DNA of 60,000 nucleotides from Callorhinchus milii (taxonomy: Eukaryota): assembly GCF_018977255.1 (NCBI RefSeq), contig NW_024704742.1, positions 3,908,001-3,968,000 on the forward strand, in the 5' to 3' direction. A model generated the notes under the pieces. It had not been told where the DNA came from. It saw nothing but the letters and a program-made list of their open reading frames with translations, and did not search any database. Shown here one piece after another: positions 11,593 to 23,730 of the stretch. The position numbers were made by a program, and so were the translations under genes. Position 1 is the stretch's first letter; each line of letters opens with the position of its first letter.

Positions 11593-11905
11593 TGTCACTT
11601 CCCGGCTGGACTATTCCAATGCCCTCCTCACTGGACTCCCCAGCTCCACCGGACACAAAATTAAACTAATTTAAAACTCCGCCACCCAGATTCTCGCCCG
11701 CACAAAACTCCCTCACACCAGTCCTTGCCAGGCTCCGCTAACTCCCAATGACTGAACGGATCGATCCTCTCACTCGTTTTCAAATACCTTCATGCCCTCG
11801 CACCTCCCTACCTATCCGATTTGCTTACTCCCCCACTCCACCACTCGCTGCCTCCGCTCGGCTGGCCTCCTGTTAGTCCCTTCTCCCGCTCCGCTCCAAT
11901 ATTGA
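11593..11905 (+). mobile_element. L2 RT C-terminal fragment
   Basis: VTSRLDYSNALLTGLPSSTGHKIKLI*NSATQILARTK motif. Confidence 0.85.
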
Positions 11906-11914
11906 TCTTTTCGT

Positions 11915-12200
11915 TTGCTGTAGCTCCTTTCACATCCAAAGAACATCTCAAAGTTTTTTTCTTGCAGGATTTCTGTAGTGCATAGGTTGCAGGCGAACAA
12001 GGCAGACGATTTGCACACAGCAACGTCCATCAAACAACCGCTGAAACAAATGTCAAATTTTATCTAGGGAATTGTTGGCCAGGACACCAGGAGAAACTCA
12101 CTCATCTCTTGAATAGTACCTCAGAATCTTTATCATCCACCTGAACAGGCAGACATGATGTCAGTTTAATGTCTCGTCTGAAGGAAGGCACCTCTGTCAG
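11915..12200 (-). mobile_element. SINE family B fragment
   Basis: ttggccaggacaccaggagaaactc...ccacctgaacaggcagac...ctcgtctgaaggaaggcacctc. Confidence 0.75.
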
Positions 12201-12372
12201 GTTTCAAATGAGAACGACCCACCTAGAATTCCAATAGTTCTTGAAAAAACTGAATTAAAAGTTCTAAGATAGTTTAGAATCAATTTACCTGATGGATTTA
12301 CTTGCATTTTCTAATATATGTGCTATTCACTGGGTGAATTGCTTGTCATGACCTTTCTTCTTTGTTTTTCAT

Positions 12373-12741
12373 GGAGTCCTGCATCATATTAGAGCACTCG
12401 CCTCGCAAGCGAGAGGACCCAGGTTCGATTCCCGGGCAGGACGAAACCTTAGTCAAGTTTTCTTACTCCACACGCCTCCATTTACCGAGGAGTAAGCAGG
12501 AACCCATTTCTTAGTCAATTGGCGGATTACTTTCCGGGAGTAATAATCCCTTAAGAAAAAATGATGATAATTTGGTCATTCAATCTATGACTGTTTGTGA
12601 GACACTGCTGTGCGCAATTGGCAGACGCATTTCGCCAGCAAAATATACAGTCATTTCCCTTTCCAGTATATTCTGTGAAGCGCCTCAACAACATGATAAG
12701 GCGCTGTATCAAATGCAAGAATTATTATCATTATTATTATT
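12373..12741 (+). mobile_element. SINE family A, full length
   Basis: tRNA head with ctcgcctcgcaagcgag arm, B box ggttcgattcc, core and (tta)n tail. Confidence 0.9.
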
Positions 12742-13284
12742 TCACATACGTTTTCATAAAGATGACAGTATTAGCAGATTGGCCCAAAATTATGAATTTG
12801 AAAAGGAAGCTGTGGGGCAAAACCTAGACACACAGGGGATAGATGTGTAAAATGGAAAGATTTGCTTTTCTATTCTGTTTATAACTTCCATTTTTCGGCA
12901 TTGTCCACCTTTTTCCCCTTTAAATCTAAATTATTTACACTTACTGAAATCTGCATTTTTGATAGATATTCTGCACCTTCTCTAAAACGTCTTGGCAGCC
13001 TGTCAGAAGACCACCTGCTGTCATTGATTAAGCAAAACCGGGTTCTCTTTCAGATGCTTCTCAAAACATAGACATCATGTAAACCTATTTGCAATTTCCC
13101 TCTTGCCAATGTGTTTGTCAAAGTATCAGAGCAGTACATTGATGTGTTAGCAAATTATCTACCCCCTGCCTCGGATAATTCCTTTTTAACTCAGTAATGC
13201 TGTAATATACTCAGCACATAGTAACTACGGGCACATTGAAGCTGAATATATTGATGTCAGCTCGTGCCATGAAAATAACCTAAG

Positions 13285-13336
13285 AATTCACAAATCCACA
13301 GAATCCTTTCTGCGCTGCTCTGTGGATTTGTGAATT
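13285..13336. repeat. Perfect 18-bp inverted repeat with 16-nt spacer
   Basis: aattcacaaatccacaga (13285-13302) / tctgtggatttgtgaatt (13319-13336). Confidence 0.9.
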
Positions 13337-14997
13337 GCCACAGGATGTCACGGAATTTTTATTTTATTTTTTTTGACACCTATCATAAACTTCCCTAAGG
13401 TAAGAAAAAGGGAAATTCATCAGGTGACTTATTAAGTCTTTTTTTTAAAAAAAATCATAAAGTGAGTTTTGAAAAAGTTGTAAGGGAACATATTTATATA
13501 TATGTGTATAAGGTTTTATAAAATGTGGTGTATGAATAATAGTCACATTTGAAATGCTGTGTAAAAGTACCCGGGTGTGTACCTAACCCAGTCGTTATCT
13601 GTCTGAGAACATGTCTCCAGTGTCTGTGCCCATTCAGACATTGTTGGTTCTTCCGCAGTAAGGAGTCAAAAGCATCCAAAATGTCAATGGATTCCTCTCG
13701 GCTCCCCCGCTGCCAGGGCTGGTATGGTCCTTGTCTGTGCTGAAACAGTCTTGCCAGGGGGTGGTGACAGCTCTCAAATGCAAACAGGAAAATAAAGAGG
13801 TACATGACAGGGGCTGCTGTCTGACATGGACCTTACCAGCATGGGACAGGTTGGGGGAGGGCACTTGGCATAGCAGGAGACTGGGAGAGTCGCCATTTAT
13901 TCTATTTGTCAGACAGACAGTCTTCTTCTAACAGACAGGTAAAGACAGACAAAAATCTGCATTTTGTTAGGAAATGCACATACATAGTGGAAACGAGAAA
14001 TTCAAAGTGCTTTGTTTGACAAAGGGAGGGTTCCTGTTATGATGACTATAGAGAACTGACAGCCACGTTTTGTTGCCTGCCAGACACATTCAGACTTTGC
14101 AGGGTGACAAAATGTATTCTTCATAAATGTGTTTCATCATTTTTTTGTAGGTAAAAGTCTTAAAAGAGTTTTTTGTTCTTCAATTTTCTTTTTGATCAGC
14201 TAATCAGCCTGTGTTAGTTACTACATAAAGCAGCTTTTGTTACTGCTTTGTACCAAACAGATATTGTTTGTAAAATATATATTATAATTTGTACAGAAAT
14301 CTTTTCAAGACACAGAGGCACAGAATATTTTATCTTTTGTATGGAGTAATGCAAGATAGCATTGCATTATTGGCAATGAGCTGTTTTCCATTCATTTTGC
14401 ATAGTGACCACTCTATTGGCGGCAACTATTACTCTTTCTCTTCAAGCGTTCGGACTAAAAAGATTCATATGAAAATGCAGAGCTTGGTTGCAGAAGCTCT
14501 GATCTGTGGCTGATCCATTACATTTATTCTTTTGTTTGCACAGAAGGTGGAGAAGAAGTCCCTGTTTAGTAGTTAGCAGAAGCGTGGAGCGTTCCGATTC
14601 ATTCAGGTTTCACTGTTTAAAAAATGTGCATTCATTTATGGAAGTCTGACTTTCAATAATGGGACCTTAGCTTCACACTTTAGAGACTTTGCAATATGAA
14701 TCAGTTCTGCTGATCTTAAATCATTCACAGAATAGCACAAAGCAAATCATCAAAAATTCTCTTGACTTCGTCTTAAGTCTGGCTGTTGTCTGAAAATGCA
14801 AAAGTGTGCAGGTTTTTGAAAAATTCCTAAATTTATTCTTATTTTGGAAGTCAATTTAATTCAAGAATTTGCCACATTCTGCCTGCTCTGAAATGTTAGG
14901 CAAACAGTGCAAGGCTAAACACAGGTGCAACTGCTGCTCTGTGTATAAAATGCTTCCTACATTTTCAGAAGTCATAAAAAGCTTTGTTTATTCGTTT

Positions 14998-15306
14998 CAA
15001 GCGAGAGGACCCGGGTTCGATTCCCGGGCGGGGCGAAACCTTAGGCACGTTTCCTTACTCCACGCACCTTTGTTTACCTGGCAGTAGGTAGTTGTTAGTC
15101 GATCGTCGGATCACTTTTCCAGGGGTAATAATCCCATCAAATAAAAAATATTTGGTCACTAAATCCACGGCTGTTTGTGAGCAGTTGGCTGCCGAGTATC
15201 ACCCACAAAATATACAGTCAATTCACTTCACAGTATATTCTCTGAAGCACTTTGGACGTCTTGAAGACGTGATGAGACGCTATATCAATTGCACGGATTA
15301 TTATTA
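14998..15306 (+). mobile_element. SINE family A, 5'-clipped
   Basis: Starts caagcgagaggacccgggttcgattccc; body and tail match the family. Confidence 0.88.
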
Positions 15307-16284
15307 ATATCAAATGCTGTTGGGGCACGAAAAGAAGGATGAGGTATTAGAGTGAAGTTGCCTGTACTCCAATCCATCAACAGTCAGTCCTTAATCCTAA
15401 TTTCAATAGAACGTTTGGGCAATTTGATTTCTCACTTTCTTATGGCCTGTCCAAGATGCCCTTTTTGTGCTGTATTGTGGGTGATTTTTGTGCTATGCTC
15501 TGTGCCCACTAGGAACAGGATATATATATATATAAGATACTATTTATACAAAAGTATATATACAATTTGATATTTTGTTAGACTCTTTTCAAGTGTTTAT
15601 TTTGTCCCCCTCCCCCAGTTTGTCCATCCTGTCTCACACAATTAATATTAATAAATTACTAATGTTAATACATCATCAATATTAATAATAATAATAATCC
15701 TTGCATTTGATATAGCACGTTGTCACATTTCAAAACACTTCACAGAATTCCTATTATGCCATGTGAGTAATGGACTCGAAAAATATTTACATTTATTTGA
15801 GTATATATTGGTCCAATTTGCATTATTACTTTGCACAATAAGGAATCCTGTTAGAATTCTCATCGAGCCACTGGAATTCTGTTCCCAAATTATAATGTGT
15901 CAGAGTGGGGTTCCCAAGGATTGTGCTTCACTCCACCCACTCTATCTTTGGGGGAAAGTATTCTGTAGACACCACCTGGACCTTAATGGCAAACCAGAAT
16001 ATCTATCCACCTCCACTTCATCTTTTGCCTCCTTACCTCCGCAGATCACATTGCCCCGGTCGCCTCTGGGTCAGAAGGCTGTTTGTTCAAGTGTTGGAGA
16101 TGCTGACCTTCAGATAAGCCATTAAATCAACGAACCACATAACACTATTCAAAAAGGGAAGAGTCTTTCTCTTAGATATTAGATATTCACTTCTTGGCCG
16201 TCTACGCTGCCTCCTTGTGTGCCCACAAATACACAGTCACTACATTTGCAAGCAATTACATCTGAAGCAATTCAACTATTTCCC

Positions 16285-16385
16285 CATCAGAGATCAGCTA
16301 ACTCAGCATAGACCAGAATTAAACCTGCAGTGGTCTGGTCTGGATGGGTTAATGCTACACCTATTATTCACTGGACTAGTGCCTT
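16285..16385 (-). mobile_element. Ancient tRNA-SINE relic (AmnSINE2-like, tentative)
   Basis: gagatcagctaactcagcatagacc; a similar motif occurs at about 590-645. Confidence 0.4.
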
Positions 16386-18759
16386 GGGACATCCTCCCTA
16401 AGTGAAACCTTGCATTCGCTTTTCATTTCACTGTAAAAAATGCTACAGCTGTCCTTTCATCTGGGAAATAGCTGTGAATCCAGCCCCGTCAGGTGGTTAG
16501 AAAACCTCTCTTACATTGCCTGCGAGGTGAAATTAGTTACGAAAGTTTCAGGCATATTCCTAATGCTCTTTCATCAATGCTAAAGAGTTAATAGCTGGCC
16601 CTAAAGTACAATTAAGGTACCACGAGTTGTGCAATAATTCTTCAGAAGGCAAATCAAATAGAAAAGCAATTACTTGTCTGAACCAATTAGTTACAAAAGC
16701 TCTGAGCAGCATTACCTTTGTTTATTACAACTGGGGAGTCAGAGCTGGGTTCTGTCTGAACACCATCAGAGCCGAAGCACTATCAGAGACACTGATGCTA
16801 AACTTGAAACAGGAGACTGACGTGCGTAGGCAGCTCTTGTCTTGTTGTCCCTTTTCTTGTCACACATTGTGTTCTCTATGGGTCACGCAGAGCCTGTCAC
16901 AAAGCTGCCTCTGTCTACCTACTGTACTTGAGACTTGTGCTAAGCAGCAGAGCGTAAACACTGAGGAGGAGTAACTAAAGCAGAAGGCTTTCAGACACAA
17001 TGCGTGCTGCTATCCAGGCAAGACAATCCAGCGGATCTCGTGGTGGTGTATTTTTTCATCGTATGCATGAAAGAAGCTCTAATGGGCCTTGTTAGCCTCT
17101 TAACTAGCTTTTAGTGGCCTCTGAAATGGCTCATTATCAATCCTATCTGTGTTTCCAACATGTCTAACTGAATGTCGTGGTGCGCCAGCAACAGGTCTGT
17201 TTTTTATTCTTCCAATCAGCCTCGAGATGATCGTATAAGTTGTGAGGAAACCAGAGACGAAAACTTGTCATGGTGCACAATTGCTATCATGCTAATTAAA
17301 CTCTATGATATAGTGACGGGGACCTGGAAATGTTCTAGTTTTGTGCAGTTCACTAAATAAGGACAGGAACCCACGTCCCTACTCCAAAATATTACACTCC
17401 AAGACTGATTACCTGGAAGGGCATTGTTGTTATGTTGCATTTTTGGTTCATGAGAGTATTCTTCGTTCGTCCCGGTTATTTGCATTCTCTGTTTACAGAG
17501 CATTAATTCACTGCTTTAAAATTTCCATTGTGTGGAGAGATTCACCTCACCACAGGACACATGGCATTGACCGAGCGAATACGGTCATAGGAGTGTGAAA
17601 ATTATTCAATACCGGAGACAGCTGCTTTTCTTCACCTCAGAGCACGGCACTAGAAAATTAATAAGCAGCACAAAACAATCGGACTCCTCCAATCGTTCAC
17701 TTCCAAAGATACTGCCTTGACATGAAACCGAGTCCCACGTACCAAGAGCAGCCCAGGTTTCAAAGCCGTTAGGCAATCTCAGGAGGATAGGTATAGATAC
17801 TGCTAACCAGGGAGGGGGAAACAGTCCAGGGAACAGTTTGTGGAACCAAACCCCAGGAACCAGTGCATGGAACTATATCCCAGGAATCCTATTCCTTGCT
17901 AGTATTAATATATCTGTCAGGTCCTGTCTCTGCTCAGCTCCTGAGGTTGATAGCTACCACCTCGGCCACTAGTTTGGGATTTTTGGACCCAGGGACCTTG
18001 CTCTAATTTGCTGTGATCGTAGCAGGCCCTCATTAAAAAAAAACCTTGAGGACAACAACAACAACATTACATTTGTATAGCGCCTTTCACGTCAGGAGGA
18101 CACCAAGTTAGGTGATCTCCGGTGGAGAGATGGTGGTACAATTGGCTTCAGTGCGTCTGGGCTGGGACGTGGGGACTAATCTGTCAAACTGTGAATCTGT
18201 AAAGGAGAGTGCCACAAATCCAGTTTGTGACTGTCTTCAATTCTATGCCATTGTCTGATATCTGACTAAAGATCCATTTAAAGAGCACTTGCAAAACGCT
18301 TTGCTCGAAACAACAAAACCAAATGGGTGAAACTTATTTACCGCTGCTTATTCGCACTTTGCATCACATATGCTCTCAGTGAAGTATAAGATAAAGATCA
18401 TTGAAGTTAAAAACATATCACAGAGCCGGGAACTGTAGTGAGCAAAAAGCTACCCATAAACAACTCGACCTGTGACCTTGTTATTTATCGACTGCAAAGA
18501 GCGCTACTTATTGTCTTGCAAATTTGGCAAATCCAACGTATATATCTTCATTGCACCGTTACAAGTTCACAGTTACAAAATCGATTTACATTTGTTAGAC
18601 TACCAGCAGAAGATTTGTTCTGGTACGAAACCCCAAATCAACTACATGTTAAATTATCACAAACTATCAATCATGTAGCACTCTTTCTTCCAGGCTCACT
18701 GCAACAAGACCCAAATGGAAATGCATTTAATCTGTTGAATGAGAACACTGCCTTGTGCC

Positions 18760-18980
18760 GGGATTACCATTGTAATATTAATACTGAGATTAGGATTGTT
18801 GTGTTAGTACTGAGATTAATATTTCAAGATTAATACTGATATCTACAGTGCTATTTTAGTCCTGGATTATCATTCCAATATTAATACTGAAATTAGTATA
18901 CCCCTCGGATTAGCATTCCTATGTTAACTCTGGGATTAGCATTGTTATATATTAGCCATCAGATTAGCATTGCTACCTGG
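18760..18980 (+). repeat. Degenerate ~26-bp minisatellite (about 9 units)
   Basis: Units resemble gRgattagcattgtaatattaatact. Confidence 0.8.
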
Positions 18981-21452
18981 GCTGGATTTAACATGGCAAC
19001 GTGAATACTGATATTCGAATTGCTTCATGTTTCTGTTCACAGGAATCATCTAATCGGATGTCACTCTCCACATCCTTTAATATTTCTATTTTTCAAGCGT
19101 CGACTTAATTCCCTTCAAAATGAATTCATGGATGTAGTTTCAACAACGGTTTGTAGCAGAGAAGTCCGCATTTCAAACAACCTCAGTGTAAAGTTTTGGT
19201 TTCTAAAATTCCTTTTGTAATTGTCTTAACTTTGTGCCCTTTCAGTAATGATGTGCTGCGACACATGTAAACACCTCAAATTTCTTTTCTGCGTTATCCG
19301 ATTCATGCTACCTTTTCAAGTGTGTTAATCTGCCTCCTGGATCTGCTTACCTAGCAAGTGCAATCTCTTTTCACTCCCTTGAAGGAAAGGCTGTTATGGT
19401 AGCTTTAACCAAGACTGATTTGCCCTCTCATAACAGCTTGAAGAAAAATGCTTCAACGTATTGTGAGAAAAGTAAGTAATAGCTGGTTATTACCGTGACG
19501 TACTGTGCTCAGCAGCGTCCCTGATTCAAAAGGAGATTGATATTGGGGAGATATCAGAAAGAATAACAGTAATGGGGTTTTAACATGCAGCTTGAATTCA
19601 GACATGATTGATTATAATTTTTATTGATTATAACTTTTAAAACAAAATGGCTTTAGAGTCAAAAACCTTTAAGTATTTCAAGCTGCCCATCCACATTATA
19701 ATAATGACAGCAATAATAATCATAATAATCATTGCATTTGATGTAGTGCCTTATCGTGTCATCGAGCTATCTTAAAGCACTTCACAGCTTATACCATAAA
19801 GTGGTGTGACTGTATCTGCATGTATTTTCCCACAGATAGGATTCATACCGGAAAACAGATAAAATACTTCAGAGAAAGGGAGAGTGAATAAAATAAAATA
19901 AAATAAAAGCACAGATCAGAAGAATGGCCACATTTCAAAACAGATTCAACGTGATAGTTATCATGTTTTGGGTTATGAAATGCTAGGAATTTCACCCCCA
20001 CTATGTGGTCTTAATTGCAAATCAGATGTACTGGAGTACTAATCTCTGGTAATCAATCGAAGATTAAATTCCGCTCCTTCTCCATTACAGCATCTCGGGT
20101 GACTCATTGCCATCCACTTGCACTGCTTCCAAGAAGGCTCATTGCAATGCGGTCATCTCTTTTCATTCCCAGGACCCGGGATAGTACCTTGCTGCAATTT
20201 GTGAACATCCAAAGGGCCTGTGATCCAATATGTATCTCTCCTGCATCTCCATTTAGACATATCGACAACAGCTCTCAATGCTCACTATCAACTTCCAACT
20301 CAACGCTACGTGAAAATTGTTGGGTGAGAACTGGAAGCGTGAGTTCTGTTGGTGACCACAGTTCTTACCGAGGCTGTAAGCATTTTTGTGGGGATTTTAA
20401 CAAAATCCGAGAAACAATATAAAGCAAGGCGCCCAGACGCCGATCAAGCTCAATATTAGTGAACTCGAGATTATATTTCATTTTAAAACGGTAAAATTAG
20501 GAGTGAAAAGGGAGACTTGGGAAGTGAACAGAGTAGTTCAACGTGAAGTACGTTTGGGGGAAAATAAGACAGGATTTTTCTCATAAAACCGTAAACTGGA
20601 ATTCTCATACAGCAGTCTTTATTTAAAATGCTGAGAAATTTTTTCGCTGACTGCTAAAACAAACCATACTGTCTTTCAGTTCCATTTTCACTTATCAGGT
20701 ACACATTTAATGTGAAATGTACTCTATCTGCCTTGGCCTGTATACATGATAGTACAGGATACTTAGATACGGACTTAACAATAAAGGCCTGACATTTAAG
20801 TAATTTAGCCGCTACTCAGTACACTCTATTTGTACTTTTTTTTAAACTTTGCTGCTGGGTCAAATGCAAAGCAACCACATTGTGATTGCACCTTATCTTC
20901 CCTGCCTGCAGCTTGACGGGTTTGTGCCTGGATGTGTCAGGTATCACCCAGGGACCTGGGCAGGAGGCTTTTGCAGTTAACCCAATACGGTGACCTGAGC
21001 AGCATCGGCTTTGATTTAAAGGGAGTTTCGTTAACCACTGAACCTGCCTGTTCCATTAAAGGGAATCAAATTCGCTTCCAATGTGGGCTTACAATAATTC
21101 CTGTATTTCTTAATAATGGCTGTGGCCATACTCTGTTACACCTTGCTGCCTTGAGAGCACAAACCTGTGCCAAAAACAAACAAAAGGCAGGTTTTCCATT
21201 CGCCTTTTAAAATTTAAAGCACGTCCTTGTGATTTTTTTTTTTCGCTGGTTGCTGATGCCTGCGCGATATGGCCCTTTTTGCGCTGACTGATTTCATTGT
21301 GCCTCAGCAAAGCCCTTCGGTTGAGAGGCAAATGTTCCCTCAGATCGCTGAAGTGCCGCTCTGCAACGTGCTGTGTGCTTGCAATTAGAACCAATCGACT
21401 CCTGACCTTTTCACCGCAGCTTTTATTAAACTGAATTTAAGAATCCCGTAAT

Positions 21453-21526
21453 GCGGGGGGGGGGGTGGTGCGGGTGGGAGGGGGGGGGGGCGGTGCGGGT
21501 GGAGGGGGGTTGGTGCGTGGGGGGAG
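21453..21526 (+). repeat. G-rich tract with ggtgcg(g)gtgg repeats
   Basis: Several G-runs of 3-11 nt separated by short linkers. Confidence 0.8.
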
Positions 21527-21989
21527 AAAACCTTTGACAACACAGTTTGCGGAGTGTAGTCGAAATGATGACGTGCTCGTTCTGCTCCGACTATTACTCA
21601 ATAACGGAACAAAACACAGGCGAGTAGAACGACGGCTGTGAAGGGTTTCAGAGACAGAACCCCACCCCGTCAGCTGGTTTCACCATCACCAAACAAGAGA
21701 AGCTCAGAAGACAGCGGGGTCTCGTTTACGAGTTGTGTAAACCGCGTGCAAACACACGTGGACAGAGGGCGCCAGCAGGTGCCTTTAACAATGTCGTTAA
21801 CAACCAATGAAGAGGATTGCAACTCGTAATCCTTTTCGAAGCAATAAGTGGGCTTCCCAAATCTACTGAACAGCGACTAAAGTAGTTGACAAGTGCCACA
21901 TAATATATTTGGATTTCAGAGGATATTTGATAAGGTTCCACGTGTGAGGTTAAAGCCCATGGAGGGCAAATGGCGAGAAACGGTATACA

Positions 21990-22490
21990 AGCAATGTCCC
22001 ACAAACAGCCAAGGGGAGAGTGACCAAGTTTATTTGGGGGAATGTTGGTCAGGACGCCGGGAGAAACTCCCTTCTCTTTTCAAGTAGTGCATTGGGATCT
22101 TTAATGTCCACCTGAACAGACAGACGGGACCTTAGTAATAATAATAATCTCTTGCGTTTGATACAGCGCTTTTCACACCTTCGAGACGTCTCAAAGCGCT
22201 TCACAAAGTAGACTGTAAAGTGAATCGACTGTATGTTTGTGGGCGAAACGCAGCAGCCAATCGCGCACAGCAGCGTCCCACAAACAGTCGCGGGTTGAAG
22301 TGAACAATTTTAATGTTTCATCTGAAGGACGGCACCTCCAAAACCTCAGCACCCTCCCACACCCCATCAACCCCCAGACTGCACTGGAGTTTCAGCTTAG
22401 ACTATGGGATTCAGAGTCCTGACCTGGGGCTTGAACCCACAACCTTCTGGCTCAGAGGCGAGAGCTCTACCACCGAGTGAGTCAGGCAGA
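21990..22490 (-). mobile_element. SINE family B interrupted by a family A 3' fragment (22136-22282)
   Basis: Reverse-complement head ggggcttgaacccacaaccttctggctcagaggcgagag; the body is split by an (aat)n-tailed family A piece. Confidence 0.8.
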
Positions 22491-23449
22491 CGCACATTTG
22501 GTGGCAGAACTGCATTGTGAGGACGCGCAATCGTCTTCGGAAATTCTTTGAGAAAAACAACTGTCAAATCACACCCTGATACGTCATTTTGTTTTTATAC
22601 CGCTAAAATGTGCTTATGTTTGAGTTTTGTTGTTGTCGATGTGGTAATTCTTGGAGTTATCTTTGTTGCAAAAGAGTATGACCTCCTTATAAATAAATCT
22701 TTCGGATGAAATGTTGTGACGTGTTTCAGTTTTCGACCGGTGTGGCTCACACTATTGGTTCTGTGAGCCACACATGTGTCTCAGTGCAAATCTGGGTTCA
22801 ACAACACTGCGTTAGAACATTGATAAAGTGTGTATTGGCACCTGCTAAACTGTGGTCGGTTATACATATTTCACACGTCTGATCAAATTGATTAAAGGAA
22901 GGAAATTGTTCTCTCCGGGAATTAAAAACATTTAACAGCAAACACAAGTAAACAGAGTATAAATAGGTGTGTTTTCTGCACTCAAGGGGATCATAGAATT
23001 GAAGGAGAATATTTGGGCTGCCTGTCTGTAAAGGTGATCACTTTAGTCCAGCTCCACAATCTTTTCCCAATAACCTTTTATATTTTTCCTTTTCAGATAT
23101 TTATCCAATTTCCCCTTTCAAAGCGTGTATGGATTTGACTTCTACAATCGTTTTTGCTGGGGATTTCAAGTCCTAATATCCCTCTGTGTAAAAACAATTC
23201 TCCTAATCTCCTTAAATTTACACCCTCTGTTTGTTCAACTCAAAAAATATAGAACGGTTGAATGACCTGAAAACTGGGATTACCACTCAAGGTGGCCCCA
23301 GAGCAAAGGATGTAGAAAGGATGGTGTTCACGAGATCACAAAAGGCATTCGGAAGAACGTTCTTTGCTCCGTTTGATCTCATCCCTCCCGAAAACCCTAC
23401 TGTCCACGCTGTATCAACTGAGACAGCTGAGTGTCGCTGCCCGATACTA

Positions 23450-23597
23450 ATAATCCTTGCAACTGAAATAGCGCCTTATCACGTAGTTGTGACTTCTCAA
23501 AGCGCTTCACAGCATATAGTGTAAAGTGGATCGACTGTATATATTGTGGGTGAAGCACAGCAGCCAATTGCAAACAGTCGTGGATTAAGTGACCACC

Positions 23598-23628
<31 letters not shown>

Positions 23629-23730
23629 TTTGTTTGAAGGGATTATTATCCGGCAATCGACTAACAACTTACTGCTAGGTAATCAGAGGCAGATGGAGTT
23701 AGGAAACTTGCCTAAAGTTTCGCCCTGCCC
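23450..23730 (-). mobile_element. SINE family A, head lost
   Basis: Tail, core and ggaaacttgcctaaagtttcgccctgccc. Confidence 0.8.

Noticed and set aside
18760..18980. CRISPR-like array
   Set aside because: Contiguous degenerate units with no unique spacers, in a vertebrate context
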